The position numbers and the translations under genes were made by a program. Below are positions 1 through 9,258 of a stretch of DNA of 64,000 bases, in pieces. This stretch comes from Bacteroidales bacterium (GTDB lineage Bacteria > Bacteroidota > Bacteroidia > Bacteroidales > WCHB1-69). The notes under the pieces are model-generated. The model saw nothing but the letters and a program-made list of their open reading frames with translations, made no database searches and was not told where the DNA came from. Numbering within the stretch: position 1 is the first letter of the stretch; each line of letters opens with the position of its first letter. Where the stretch lies: NCBI GenBank assembly GCA_017615595.1, contig JAFZZT010000046.1, forward strand, positions 4,746-68,745. The letters run 5' to 3'.

Positions 1-172
1 CACAGAGCGTGATGTACCAGGCGTTGTAATGGCCTAGTCCAACCTCGGCGTACCAGTCTTGGTTGGTGAGGCAGACCACCGGCAGGGCGATCAGAAAGAT
101 CAACACCGGAATCTGTCCTCTGTATTTGAAGAGGAGGTTGCCTGTCCGTTCGAATTCCTGTATGAGTGCCAT
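1..172 (-). CDS. partial CDS (first 57 codons, continues beyond window start): small hydrophobic membrane protein, family not assigned
   Basis: ATG at 172-170 (minus), open to position 1. Translation is MALIQEFERTGNLLFKYRGQIPVLIFLIALPVVCLTNQDWY..., with one clear TM helix. A TATTTTTG box (rc of 192-199) lies about 20 nt upstream. Too short for the ORF track. Confidence 0.4.
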   Translation of the reverse strand, partial: MALIQEFERTGNLLFKYRGQIPVLIFLIALPVVCLTNQDWYAEVGLGHYNAWYITLC

Positions 173-200
173 CAATAGATTTTTAAGGCTGCAAAAATAA

Positions 201-228
201 AAAAAAAAGACTTTCCTCAAAAGGAAAG
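201..228 (-). terminator. intrinsic terminator downstream of rplS
   Basis: Hairpin ctttcc(211-216)/ggaaag(223-228). On the minus strand it is followed by a run of 8 T (rc of 201-208). Confidence 0.6.
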
Positions 229-255
229 CCTAATGTCTTTGCTGACAAGCTATTA

Positions 256-609
256 TTAGCCTCTTCTCTCTTTGATACGAGCTTTCTTACCCGTGAGGTT
301 TCTCAAATAATAGATGCGAGCTCTGCGAACCACACCGCGTTTGTTCACGGCGATGCCAGCGATCAGCGGAGTGTCAAAACGGAACACTCTCTCCACGCCG
401 ATGCCGCCGGAGATCTTTCTTACCGTGAAAGTCTTGTTGGTGCCTTCGCCTTTGATTTGCAGCACCACACCCTGGAATTGCTGGATTCTCTCTTTGGAAC
501 CTTCTACAATTTTATAGGAAACGGTGATGGTGTCGCCGGCTTTAAATTTCGGAAACTCATTCCGCGTAATGAAATTGTCCTCTACGTACTGAATCAATTC
601 GTGTTTCAT
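256..609 (-). CDS. rplS: 50S ribosomal protein L19
   Basis: 117 aa. The KFKAGDTITVSYKIVEGSKERIQQFQGVVLQ and TFTVRKISGGIGVERVF blocks are typical of bL19. A TATTTTTG box (rc of 652-659) lies upstream. Confidence 0.95.
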   Translation of the reverse strand: MKHELIQYVEDNFITRNEFPKFKAGDTITVSYKIVEGSKERIQQFQGVVLQIKGEGTNKTFTVRKISGGIGVERVFRFDTPLIAGIAVNKRGVVRRARIYYLRNLTGKKARIKERRG

Positions 610-898
610 CTCTTTATATTCTTTTATTTATTTCACTTTTTTTCAAGGCTGCAAAAATACACTTTTTTTCTCTACTTTCATCTTTCGCCATCATTTTTTT
701 CTTTGGAAGATCATTCTTGCTGTTGTTTAAATATATCATTTTGATAACTAGATAATTAACAAAATATAAACATGCTATCAACAGGATACAAACCTCTTGT
801 CAACAATGGAGCGACACGAGAATTCCCATTGTTTTCCACGATTTTTCGGAGAAAAGACAGATATTTTTTGCATTTTTGCACCTCAAAACCGTTACGAC

Positions 899-1825
899 AT
901 GAATCAGACGCTGCAGACCTGGGACGCCCAGGATTGGACATATCGATTTGCCAAGGCGCAGAAGCCGTACAGTCACCCTGTCATCAAGCAGTTGCGGCAG
1001 GAGGTCTTCTTTCACACGACCCAGGTAGTGAAGGACGGTGCTTATGTGCGGGAAGACGGCCAGGAGATGGCGTTGCCGCTGAGCGATCATCTTGCGGAGG
1101 GCACTTGCTTTTACAGTCGGAAGCTCCCCAGACAGGAAGGGGCCGAAACGTATCAAACGAACTTGGAGGTGGTGCCGCGCGACTGTCTAGCGGTTGCCCG
1201 CGCCTTGGTCTTGGAGCAGCATCTGGAGGTCTGTGTCCTCAACATGGCGAGTGCCACCATGCCGGGCGGCGGCGTGCTGAACGGTTCCGGCGCGCAGGAG
1301 GAGTATCTCTTCCGTTGTTCCGACTACTACCGCTCGCTATACCAATATATTGACTTCGGCCACATGTTCGGGGTGGCGCGCGCCCAGGACTCCTACCCTA
1401 TGCACAAGCAGTTCGGGGGCATCTTCAGTCCGGCCGTGACCGTCTTCCGTGACACGGAGGCGCGAGGCTACGCCTTGTTGGACGAGCCCTTCCACGTGAA
1501 CTGTCTCGCGGTGGCCGGCGTCAACCATCCGACCACGGTCATGCGGGACGGCGAGGAATGGATCGCGGACTCCGTGCTACCCACACTGTACAACAAGATG
1601 CGCACCCTGTTCCGCATTGCCATGGCACACCGGCAGAAGACGCTCGTGTTAGGCGCTTGGGGCTGCGGCGCCTTCGGCAACCCACCCCGCCACGTCGCAC
1701 GGCTCTTCAAGGAGATGCTGGCCGAACCCGAATTCGAGCACGCCTTCCAGCACATCGTCTTCGCCATCAAAGGCGGTCCCAACGGCGGCAACTACACGCC
1801 ATTCAAGGAAGTGATACTGGGGTAA
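899..1825 (+). CDS. bacterial-type poly(ADP-ribose) glycohydrolase-like macrodomain protein (TIGR02452/DUF2263 family)
   Basis: The ORF track begins at 797. I prefer the ATG at 899 (MNQTLQTW...), which lies just after a T-rich TTTG-containing promoter-like stretch. It has the PARG signature GGG-x8-QEE (MPGGGVLNGSGAQEEYLFR) and the diphosphate loop AWGCGAFGNPP. Confidence 0.75.
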   Translation: MNQTLQTWDAQDWTYRFAKAQKPYSHPVIKQLRQEVFFHTTQVVKDGAYVREDGQEMALPLSDHLAEGTCFYSRKLPRQEGAETYQTNLEVVPRDCLAVARALVLEQHLEVCVLNMASATMPGGGVLNGSGAQEEYLFRCSDYYRSLYQYIDFGHMFGVARAQDSYPMHKQFGGIFSPAVTVFRDTEARGYALLDEPFHVNCLAVAGVNHPTTVMRDGEEWIADSVLPTLYNKMRTLFRIAMAHRQKTLVLGAWGCGAFGNPPRHVARLFKEMLAEPEFEHAFQHIVFAIKGGPNGGNYTPFKEVILG

Positions 1826-1835
1826 ACAAAACAAA

Positions 1836-1860
1836 AAAGGCGGTCGATTTGACCGCCTTT
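1836..1860. terminator. hairpin terminator shared by the PARG-like gene (+) and tRNA-Lys (-)
   Basis: 10-bp stem aaaggcggtc(1836-1845)/gaccgccttt(1851-1860). The minus-strand reading is followed by tttttgttttg. Confidence 0.6.
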
Positions 1861-1863
1861 CAG

Positions 1864-1936
1864 TGTCCCCTCAGGGACTCGAACCCTGGACCCATTGATT
1901 AAGAGTCAATTGCTCTACCAACTGAGCTAAGGAGAC
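1864..1936 (-). tRNA. tRNA-Lys (anticodon CTT)
   Basis: The reverse complement reads GTCTCCTTAGCTCAGTTGGTAGAGCAATTGACTCTTAATCAATGGGTCCAGGGTTCGAGTCCCTGAGGGGACA (73 nt). It has a 7-bp acceptor stem (one G-U), a GGTTCGAGTCC T-arm, anticodon loop CTCTTAA and discriminator A. No encoded CCA. Confidence 0.93.
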
Positions 1937-2007
1937 ATCTCTTAATCGTTGTGTTTAACGAGGCGCAAAAGTATATTTTTTTTTTATCTTTGCAAAAAAA
2001 AATTCAC

Positions 2008-2547
2008 ATGAAAATCTACACCAAAACAGGAGACAACGGAACGACCTCATTAGTTGATGGATCAAGGGTTTACAAAGACGATATGCTGCTGGAAGCATAC
2101 GGCACCATCGATGAACTGAATGCACATATCGGGATGGTCATCGCCCAAAAACCGGAGGATTTCCTCACCAAAGTGCAAAATATGCTCTTCGTGGCAGGCA
2201 GCCTGCTGGCCACACCCACCCAAGAATGGGACACCTATTTCAAGGATGTTCGACTGGCAGAGTTCACCTCGGAAATTGAACACGAAATCGACCGCATGCA
2301 AGCCGAACTTCCCAAGATGACCGGCTTCATCCTACCACAAGGAAACCAACTGATCGCCACCCTCCATGTGTGCCGCACCGTGTGCCGAAGAGCGGAACGA
2401 AATATCGTCAGACTCATGCGCAACGACACCCATTATCAGGACATTCAAAAAATGACAAATCGACTCTCCGATTATCTATTTGTACTGGCCAGATTCTACC
2501 ACAAAGAAATGGGCGTTGACGAAATTAATTGGAAATCAATAAGATAA
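2008..2547 (+). CDS. PduO-type ATP:cob(I)alamin adenosyltransferase
   Basis: Start moved to the ATG at 2008. MKIYTKTGDNGTTSL...EAYGTIDELNAHIG is the canonical N-terminus of this family. A TATCTTTG box lies at 1986-1993. Confidence 0.85.
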   Translation: MKIYTKTGDNGTTSLVDGSRVYKDDMLLEAYGTIDELNAHIGMVIAQKPEDFLTKVQNMLFVAGSLLATPTQEWDTYFKDVRLAEFTSEIEHEIDRMQAELPKMTGFILPQGNQLIATLHVCRTVCRRAERNIVRLMRNDTHYQDIQKMTNRLSDYLFVLARFYHKEMGVDEINWKSIR

Positions 2548-2633
2548 AATTTATATAATTTTTGTCATTTGTATAAAAAATATATTATTTTTGCCGCCTC
2601 AAAAAAGACCATTATAACCCAAAAAAAATTGTC

Positions 2634-2855
2634 ATGTATTGGACGTTAGAATTAGCAACAAAATTGGAAGATGCCCCCTGGCCGGCGACTCGCGATGAGC
2701 TGTTAGATTATGCTATCCGTTCCGGCGCTCCAATGGAGGTCATTGAGAATCTTCAGGAGATAGATGATGAGGGAGAGACCTACGATTCCATCATGGATCT
2801 GTGGCCTGATTATCCCACGAAGGAGGACTTTTTCTTCAACGAGGACGAGTACTAA
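2634..2855 (+). CDS. small DUF2795-like protein
   Basis: 73 aa, acidic. The segment WPATRDELLDYAIRSGAPMEVIENL resembles the DUF2795 core. Followed by a strong terminator. Confidence 0.5.
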   Translation: MYWTLELATKLEDAPWPATRDELLDYAIRSGAPMEVIENLQEIDDEGETYDSIMDLWPDYPTKEDFFFNEDEY

Positions 2856-2902
2856 TCGTCTGACGGACCACATTATTAGAAAGGGTCCTTGGAAAAAATC
2901 TG

Positions 2903-2936
2903 AAAAAAAACGCGCTAACATGGCGCGTTTTTTTTA
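2903..2936. terminator. bidirectional intrinsic terminator between convergent genes
   Basis: Sequence aaaaaaaa-cgcgc-taacatg-gcgcg-tttttttt, with an A-run on one side and a T-run on the other. Confidence 0.7.
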
Positions 2937-2955
2937 TTCTGTCCAACTGGCAACT

Positions 2956-5025
2956 CTACTCTGCAATGACGACCGCGCCACCGCCCGGAGCCAGCTCCAA
3001 GGTCAATACGTCTGCTTGACGGATGCTGTAGGTCTTTTTTTGATAATCCACCCCTTTTCTGTGGGCATTTGGCCCGTCCGTGAAGGTCGTGACACGTCCC
3101 TCTTGGACGCCCAAAGCGGAAAGGTCAACCTTGACCTGACGCCGCGCCCAGTCATTGATGGCACCGACATACCAGACATTGCCTTTACGGCGGGCGATGA
3201 CGACATAGTGCCCGACCTCGCCATCCAAGACTCGCGTCTCATCCCAGACGGTGGGCACTTGGGCAATAAACTCCGTGCATTCAGGTTCCTGCAGGTAAGC
3301 GGTCGGGGCATCGCACAGCATCGCAAACGGCGCTTCGAAAATGACGTACTCGGCCAGCTGGCGGCAGCGCGTGCCCTGACTCATCGGCTCGCTCCATACG
3401 GGCGCATAACAGCCCTTCGAAGCATTTCGCATAGCTCCCTGGGTGAAGTCCATCGGTCCAGCCAGCATCCGGATGAAGGGGATGGTGACCTCGTATGTGA
3501 CCATGTCTGTCTCGGCGCCAGCCCACTTGCACTGCTCCAGCCCAAAGACGCCCTCGTAGTTTAGCACATTGGGATAGGTCCGGCTCAGACCAGTCGGCTT
3601 ATAGGCCCCGTGAAAGTCGATGAAGAGATGATATTTGGCCGCCATGGCTGCCATCCGCTCGTAGAAGTTGACCACAATCTGGTCGTCACGGTCCATGAAA
3701 TCGACCTTGAAGCCCTTCACGCCCATCTCGGAATAGTGCCGACACACCTTCTCCATATCCTTGTCCATGGCAGCGTAGCCCGCCCACAGGACGATGCCCA
3801 CGCCCTTGGAGTCGGCATATTTCACCAACTCCGGCAGGTCTATCTCCGGCACTACCTGAAAGAGGTCGGCCTGCTTGTTGACGGCCCAGCCCTCATCCAG
3901 AATCACATACTCTATACCCTTCTCCGCAGCGAAATCTATATAATATTTATAGGTATCGTTATTAATGCCAGCCTTGAAGTCCACGCCCCAGATGTTCCAG
4001 TTGTTCCACCAGTCCCAGGCCACCTTGCCGGGCTTGATCCAGGACAGGTCATTCACCTTGGAGGGTTCGGACAGCAGATAGACGAGGTCGTTGTCGGCCA
4101 GCTCTTTCTCTTCGGTGGCGATGGCGATCACGCGCCACGGGAAAGCCCGCGTGCCAGCGGTCTTGGCGATGTAATCCTCGCGCTCCTTCACCACATACTG
4201 CAGGTTGTTGTGTCCGCCCTGCTCCCATTTCTTAGGCAGCGGGGCAAAGACACCCTCCAAGGAATGGCCATACACATGGTGCAGGTACATGCCCGGATAG
4301 TCGTGCAGGTCAGCCTCTGTGATCACAGCCATACGGGTGTGCAATTTATCGAGATTTCTTTCCAACAGCTGCTGATATCCCTGGGCCACCAACATAGGGA
4401 GGAAGGCCAACCGATAGTCATCCATCTGTTCCAGCGGGATCTTGGTGTAGGTATTTTCAAAAGAGGTGCAGAACTGCTCCGAGAAGTCGAAGTCTTGAGC
4501 TGCCGGACGGTTTACATAGGGGACAAACGCCTCCGTCTCCCGATAGCGGCCTTCAAACGGCTCCGGCGCTCCTGGCGAAAAATTGAACCCTGCTCTCTCG
4601 TTTTTCACCACAATGGAATCCTTCATATTGGTCACAAAGCGGTATGCCACCCCGGAGTTATAGGCGCGGAAGACCACCTGATAATTTCCTTTAAAACTGA
4701 TGGTCAGTTCATTATAACTATCTAGGACCTTTGCTTTCTTGTAAAAACAAGCATCCACTATTCTATTCACAGACTTCCGCTCCGTCTTGACGACTTTCGG
4801 ATAGACACCCAAGACGGTGCCATCACCCAGTTCCAGGCCAATATTGGAGGGTATGATAAAAGGGTACTTGTCATTATCGGACGTATAGACCGAATATTCA
4901 AGCAAATCCGAGCAGTTGATTTTCACAATCAGGTTACCGCTCGGGGAGGTCAGCTTGTGCTGCTGGGCGCCAACCTGAAGGGCGCAACACAGGAAAAGGG
5001 ACAGAAATATTGTAAAATGCTTCAT
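2956..5025 (-). CDS. glycoside hydrolase family 97 (alpha-glucosidase/SusB-like)
   Basis: 689 aa with a signal peptide. Blocks GIEYVILDEGW, GVKGFKVDFMDRDDQ and HGAYKPTGLSRTYPN match GH97 as I remember it. Confidence 0.8.
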   Translation of the reverse strand: MKHFTIFLSLFLCCALQVGAQQHKLTSPSGNLIVKINCSDLLEYSVYTSDNDKYPFIIPSNIGLELGDGTVLGVYPKVVKTERKSVNRIVDACFYKKAKVLDSYNELTISFKGNYQVVFRAYNSGVAYRFVTNMKDSIVVKNERAGFNFSPGAPEPFEGRYRETEAFVPYVNRPAAQDFDFSEQFCTSFENTYTKIPLEQMDDYRLAFLPMLVAQGYQQLLERNLDKLHTRMAVITEADLHDYPGMYLHHVYGHSLEGVFAPLPKKWEQGGHNNLQYVVKEREDYIAKTAGTRAFPWRVIAIATEEKELADNDLVYLLSEPSKVNDLSWIKPGKVAWDWWNNWNIWGVDFKAGINNDTYKYYIDFAAEKGIEYVILDEGWAVNKQADLFQVVPEIDLPELVKYADSKGVGIVLWAGYAAMDKDMEKVCRHYSEMGVKGFKVDFMDRDDQIVVNFYERMAAMAAKYHLFIDFHGAYKPTGLSRTYPNVLNYEGVFGLEQCKWAGAETDMVTYEVTIPFIRMLAGPMDFTQGAMRNASKGCYAPVWSEPMSQGTRCRQLAEYVIFEAPFAMLCDAPTAYLQEPECTEFIAQVPTVWDETRVLDGEVGHYVVIARRKGNVWYVGAINDWARRQVKVDLSALGVQEGRVTTFTDGPNAHRKGVDYQKKTYSIRQADVLTLELAPGGGAVVIAE

Positions 5026-5066
5026 AACGAATGGACTGGTTTGACGAGGTGTTTATTCTGAGGTGG

Positions 5067-5762
5067 CTATTCTTCCATGGGCATCGGAGGTTGCTCGTCA
5101 TCCTGCGAGGAGGCATGAAAATGATCCTTCATGGGCTTGTAGGTGACGACCAGCATGACGACAACGAACAAGGCGAAAAGACCGAGCAGGACGTATAGCA
5201 GGACATTGCGGAGCTGATGGGGATTCCGGTGCCGGGGCACTGGCACAGGCTCCGGGTGATAATCTTCCACGATATCATAGGTACTCAAGTCGCCGTCATC
5301 ATAGAAAGTGTCTGAATAAAAGATCGTCAGTCCGGCAGGCTCGTTGTTGGGAGTCGAGGGCAGCACCTCGATGGTAACGGACTTCAACGGCATCTTTTTG
5401 TCGCCAACGGTAATGTTATTAGCCGGGATAGTGAAAGTTCCGACTGTATCTGCCACGAGGTAGAAGATGGTTTCTCTACGGGTTTTGGTATAGCGCTTGC
5501 CATTCTCCACCTTGACGGCGCTGCTGGCATTGGAGGCCTGGCCATTCACCATGAAAGGGCCAAAGTCGGGATCGTTGACATCCGTCTTGGCATTGGTGAT
5601 GATCGTATAGGTGAAGAGCTCCCCCTTGGCCACCTGCTTGGGCGCACGCACCTCACAGGTCGGCTTGAAGGACTTGTTCTGCGTCTGGGCTGCGATCGGG
5701 GACTGCAGCCATACAAACAATAAAGAGATACATATAATAATATATGCTTTGCGTGTATTCAT
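5067..5762 (-). CDS. BatD-like protein, short form: one BatD-type beta domain plus a C-terminal TM anchor
   Basis: 231 aa. Signal peptide, BatD-like segment (APKQVAKGELFTYTI...GTFTIPANNITV), then a TM helix (LLYVLLGLFALFVVVMLVV). Confidence 0.5.
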   Translation of the reverse strand: MNTRKAYIIICISLLFVWLQSPIAAQTQNKSFKPTCEVRAPKQVAKGELFTYTIITNAKTDVNDPDFGPFMVNGQASNASSAVKVENGKRYTKTRRETIFYLVADTVGTFTIPANNITVGDKKMPLKSVTIEVLPSTPNNEPAGLTIFYSDTFYDDGDLSTYDIVEDYHPEPVPVPRHRNPHQLRNVLLYVLLGLFALFVVVMLVVTYKPMKDHFHASSQDDEQPPMPMEE

Positions 5763-5767
5763 TCCGG

Positions 5768-7135
5768 TTAGATTTTATATGTTTTGGCTTTGCTTTTGGC
5801 AGATTTGTTCCCATCATCAGAGGGGCGTGTGGGTCCCGGGGTCACCTCCAGATGATATTCTTGAGAGGTGATGATCTTATGCGTGCCGGTGTCATAATCA
5901 TAGTAATAGTATGAGGCACTGGGGATATAGTAGGTCCCTTCCGACCGCGGGATAATCGTGAACTGGAAAGTCTTGGTCCCCGTGATATAGTCGCCTTTGG
6001 CCACGATATTCTCCACCACCTTTGGATAGGTGACATCGCAATCATCGGGGAAGGTGATGTCGAGGTCATCGGCCTTGATCTCATGGAGGTTGCCGCTACC
6101 CGAGACGGTCACGGAGAGCACGACCCGCTCATTGACATGGCACTCGGTGCGGCTCAGGTTGGAGGTCATGGAGAAACCACCCACCACTTCTGTCTTGGCA
6201 GGATTAGAGCCGGGCAGGGCCTTCACCTTGACGGAGATGTCATTCGAGGTCAGAGAGACCTCCTTGGTGCGATAGGAGGAGATGTTGCCCCAGAAAGGAT
6301 CCTTCACCACGGCCGGCACGCGGATTGCTAGGTTTACATTCAACTTGGGAATCGTCAGTTTGCCCGTTTTGGTGGGATAGAAGGCCGTCTGTTTGAAGAC
6401 AAAGACGGTGTAGCTTTTCCCGTTGACCGTTTCGGTGGTGCGGTTCTGGCGGGATAGATTCAGCGATCCGATCCAGAAATCCTCGGAATAGTTGTAGGAG
6501 GCGCGCTCGACACTATAGCCGGAGATATCCTCTTTCACATACAGTTTGTATGTAACGACAATCCCCTCCCCTTGGAAAGCTTCCATCTTGGAGGAAGAGG
6601 CTTGGATAAAGATGTCGTTTTTGCCTATCTTGTCCTCAATTTGCACTTTCCCTTTCTCGGAAGGCTGCTCTTGAGGCTGTCCCCACTGAGGAAACTCAAA
6701 AGATGGGAAATCCTGGCCCCAGCCAAACTGGCTCTGGCTCTGGCTTTGGGCATTTTTGGAGACGGTAACCGTCACGGAGTTGCTCTTCACCACCTTGCCG
6801 TCGATAGACATGGTCACCCCCGGAATAGTGAAGGTGCCCTCTTTTTTGGCAGACAGGTGATAGGTATAGGTGTAGGTCGTATGTTGATCCACCTGGCCGT
6901 TGACCATGGAGATCGAGGTGCTGGTGCCTATACTCGGTCCGCTCACCAACTCGAATTTGCCGAAGTCGGTGGAGACGATCTCTCCTTGGCTGTTCACCGA
7001 CACCGTATATTGAAAAGGTCTGTCCAAGGGAACTTCGGAGGGTGCCTTTGCCGTACAAGACTCCTGGGCCACAGCCGTCAGGAATGGCACTATCATGCAG
7101 CCAATCAACGCAATAAAACATCTAACATTTCTCAT
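5768..7135 (-). CDS. BatD family (oxygen-tolerance-type) secreted protein, no TM anchor
   Basis: 455 aa with a signal peptide. Repeated BatD-like modules (PFQYTVSVN...EGTFTIPGVTMSIDG; GKLTIPKLNV; EGTYYIPSASY). Confidence 0.55.
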   Translation of the reverse strand: MRNVRCFIALIGCMIVPFLTAVAQESCTAKAPSEVPLDRPFQYTVSVNSQGEIVSTDFGKFELVSGPSIGTSTSISMVNGQVDQHTTYTYTYHLSAKKEGTFTIPGVTMSIDGKVVKSNSVTVTVSKNAQSQSQSQFGWGQDFPSFEFPQWGQPQEQPSEKGKVQIEDKIGKNDIFIQASSSKMEAFQGEGIVVTYKLYVKEDISGYSVERASYNYSEDFWIGSLNLSRQNRTTETVNGKSYTVFVFKQTAFYPTKTGKLTIPKLNVNLAIRVPAVVKDPFWGNISSYRTKEVSLTSNDISVKVKALPGSNPAKTEVVGGFSMTSNLSRTECHVNERVVLSVTVSGSGNLHEIKADDLDITFPDDCDVTYPKVVENIVAKGDYITGTKTFQFTIIPRSEGTYYIPSASYYYYDYDTGTHKIITSQEYHLEVTPGPTRPSDDGNKSAKSKAKTYKI

Positions 7136-7194
7136 AGAATAACGATTTTAAACAAAAGCCCTTGAGTAACGAGAAAATGGCGTTTTTATTGTGG

Positions 7195-7830
7195 CTATTT
7201 CCTGCCAAAATCGGCGGGGATTTCGCCCCACGCAGGCGTGTTCCATTTGTAGATAGGAGTTGTATATACATTGTTGCGCAGCCAGTATTCGGCTCTGTTG
7301 AGCAGGTCGAAAATCGCGGCATTCTCCTCCGTAGGCAGGATGACCGACTTATGCTTTTTATTGCGCACCCAGGCCATGGCAGTCACACTGTCACTATAGA
7401 TAGGGATATTGAGATTTTTCTGTTTCAGGAGGGCGAGGCCGTGCACCAAGGCAAGGAACTCGCCGATATTGTTGCTGGCGCCGGGAAATGGACCCTTGTG
7501 GAACCAGAGCTCCTTTGTGCCGGTGTGTACCCCGCGATATTCCATCACCTTCGTGACGGAATTCCAGGCAGCATCCACCGAAAGACTCTCCAAAATGGGT
7601 TCTCCCGCGGCTGTGGCACCCCGTACCGGCGATTTGGCCACAGGAGGGTTCTTCTTGTAATACAGCTCATAACCATCCGAAAAAGCCTCCTGAGCCTGGT
7701 TCAACGTCTCGAAAGACTTGTACTTAGCACCCTCAAAATGGACCACCTGACGTTTGCACTCATCCCACGTTTCATACACCCCCGGATTGTCACCAATCCA
7801 AACTACATAATATTTGTGTTTTTTATTCAT
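7195..7830 (-). CDS. rnhA: ribonuclease H1 with N-terminal hybrid-binding (viroplasmin-like) domain
   Basis: YYVVWIGDNPGVYETWDECKRQVVHFEGAKYKSFETLNQAQEAF is the HBD motif. The C-terminal half has RNase H blocks (LSVDAA..., NNIGEFLALV, IYSDS). Confidence 0.85.
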   Translation of the reverse strand: MNKKHKYYVVWIGDNPGVYETWDECKRQVVHFEGAKYKSFETLNQAQEAFSDGYELYYKKNPPVAKSPVRGATAAGEPILESLSVDAAWNSVTKVMEYRGVHTGTKELWFHKGPFPGASNNIGEFLALVHGLALLKQKNLNIPIYSDSVTAMAWVRNKKHKSVILPTEENAAIFDLLNRAEYWLRNNVYTTPIYKWNTPAWGEIPADFGRK

Positions 7831-7897
7831 TTTATTAATTTTTTTTGTATTATTGCACTTTCATATTTCAAAAATGCAAAAATAACTATATTTTAAT

Positions 7898-8422
7898 ATG
7901 ATTCAACAGCAATTCAAAAAAAATATCATTTTTTTCGCAACCATAATTTTGATTGTAATATGCTGTATAACAACTATTTCATGCAATAGAACCCAGTTCG
8001 GCAAGAAAGCACAGGACACAATTGTCACCCATGAGTTCCCCAACACCAATTGGGCGTTCGAAGAGCGGGTTTTAACATTTGGATTTGACAATTCCGACTC
8101 CACCGCCAACTATCAAATCGGATTTATCCTTAATTATGACAAGCAGCATGTGACGATGGACGAGGTTCCCATCACGGTAACACTGGAAGCTCCTGACGGC
8201 ATGGAAACCTTTGTCACGAGCACTATGAGACTGAAAGAGGACAATCCGGAATACATGAAAGAAGTGAATGGAATGACAGAGTTGGAAGTGGTGGCCTTCC
8301 CGAAGAAAAACCTGAATCGGAAGGGTCTCTACAATGTTAAAATTTACCGAAAAGCAGATAAAGCTGACAATTATGGTTTCAACAAGCTTTCTCTACGCGT
8401 CTCTAAGCTCAAAAACGACTGA
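7898..8422 (+). CDS. lipoprotein, possibly GldH-like
   Basis: 174 aa. Lipobox-like TTISC. The overall pattern (W..E..L.F.F, Y....I..NY, P.G, GLYNVKIY, LSLRV) resembles GldH, but the assignment is weak. Confidence 0.4.
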   Translation: MIQQQFKKNIIFFATIILIVICCITTISCNRTQFGKKAQDTIVTHEFPNTNWAFEERVLTFGFDNSDSTANYQIGFILNYDKQHVTMDEVPITVTLEAPDGMETFVTSTMRLKEDNPEYMKEVNGMTELEVVAFPKKNLNRKGLYNVKIYRKADKADNYGFNKLSLRVSKLKND

Positions 8423-8473
8423 AACTAACATCCCCAGAATTAAAAAAGACAATAACAATCAAAACTCACTATA

Positions 8474-9250
8474 ATGAAGCAAACAAAAAATAAAGTACTG
8501 CTTGTTGACGAAAGCGAAAACTTGTTGTATGTAATTAAAGATTACTTGGAGTTGTCCGGATACGCGGTTTACGACTTCATGGACGAGAAACTGGCTGAAA
8601 AATCCCTTTCGAGTCATGGTTACAACCTTTGTATCATCGACATCATGTCCAAAGGCAAAGAGGATTTCTCCCTCTTGCAGGAAATCCGCAAAAACAACGA
8701 CCTTGTGCCTGTCATCATTTTGACAGCCAACACCTCCAAAGAGGACAGAATCAAAGCATTCAAATATGGATGTGACGATTACATCACCAAACCGTTCTCC
8801 ATTGAGGAGCTCGAATTGCGCATGCAGGCCATTCTGAGACGTTGTTCCCCGTCTCCCGACAAGATTTCCTCCATTTATGAGGACAAGATCTACAAGATGG
8901 GACATTTTGAATTCAATTACTCCAGCATGCAGCTCATTCACCCCAAATGCACACGCACGTTGACCCGCAAAGAGGCTCGACTGCTGCAGCTGCTCCTCGA
9001 GCACAAGAACAAGCTCATCCCTCGCGAGATCATCCTCAAGGAAGTGTGGGGCGATGAAGACCATTCTGTCAGCAGAAGTATGGATGTATTCCTGACCAAA
9101 CTCCGCACCTACTTACAAATTGATGACGAAGCATACATCCTCCCCAAAGAGAGTGGCAAAAGAAAAACCGTTTACAAAGACGGCTACGAACCGCTCGTGG
9201 AGATCGTCAACTTCCATGGTGCCGGTTATATGCTGAAAGTCAAGGAATAA
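8474..9250 (+). CDS. OmpR-family response regulator (receiver plus winged-helix)
   Basis: Receiver blocks KVLLVDESE, LCIIDIM, VIILTA and DDYITKPF. Trans_reg_C-like C-terminus with an insertion. No adjacent kinase. Confidence 0.85.
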   Translation: MKQTKNKVLLVDESENLLYVIKDYLELSGYAVYDFMDEKLAEKSLSSHGYNLCIIDIMSKGKEDFSLLQEIRKNNDLVPVIILTANTSKEDRIKAFKYGCDDYITKPFSIEELELRMQAILRRCSPSPDKISSIYEDKIYKMGHFEFNYSSMQLIHPKCTRTLTRKEARLLQLLLEHKNKLIPREIILKEVWGDEDHSVSRSMDVFLTKLRTYLQIDDEAYILPKESGKRKTVYKDGYEPLVEIVNFHGAGYMLKVKE

Positions 9251-9258
9251 CAACCAAT

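Noticed and set aside
610-1936. Genomic island integrated at tRNA-Lys carrying the PARG-like gene
   Set aside because: There is no integrase. I found no direct repeat of the tRNA 3' end (tgtcccctcagggactcgaacc) in 610-900. A single gene alone is not enough to call an island.
8474-9250. Pairing the orphan response regulator with the orphan kinase at 30785-32320 as one two-component system
   Set aside because: They are 22 kb apart on opposite strands, and nothing in the sequence links them. I mention it only as a testable idea.
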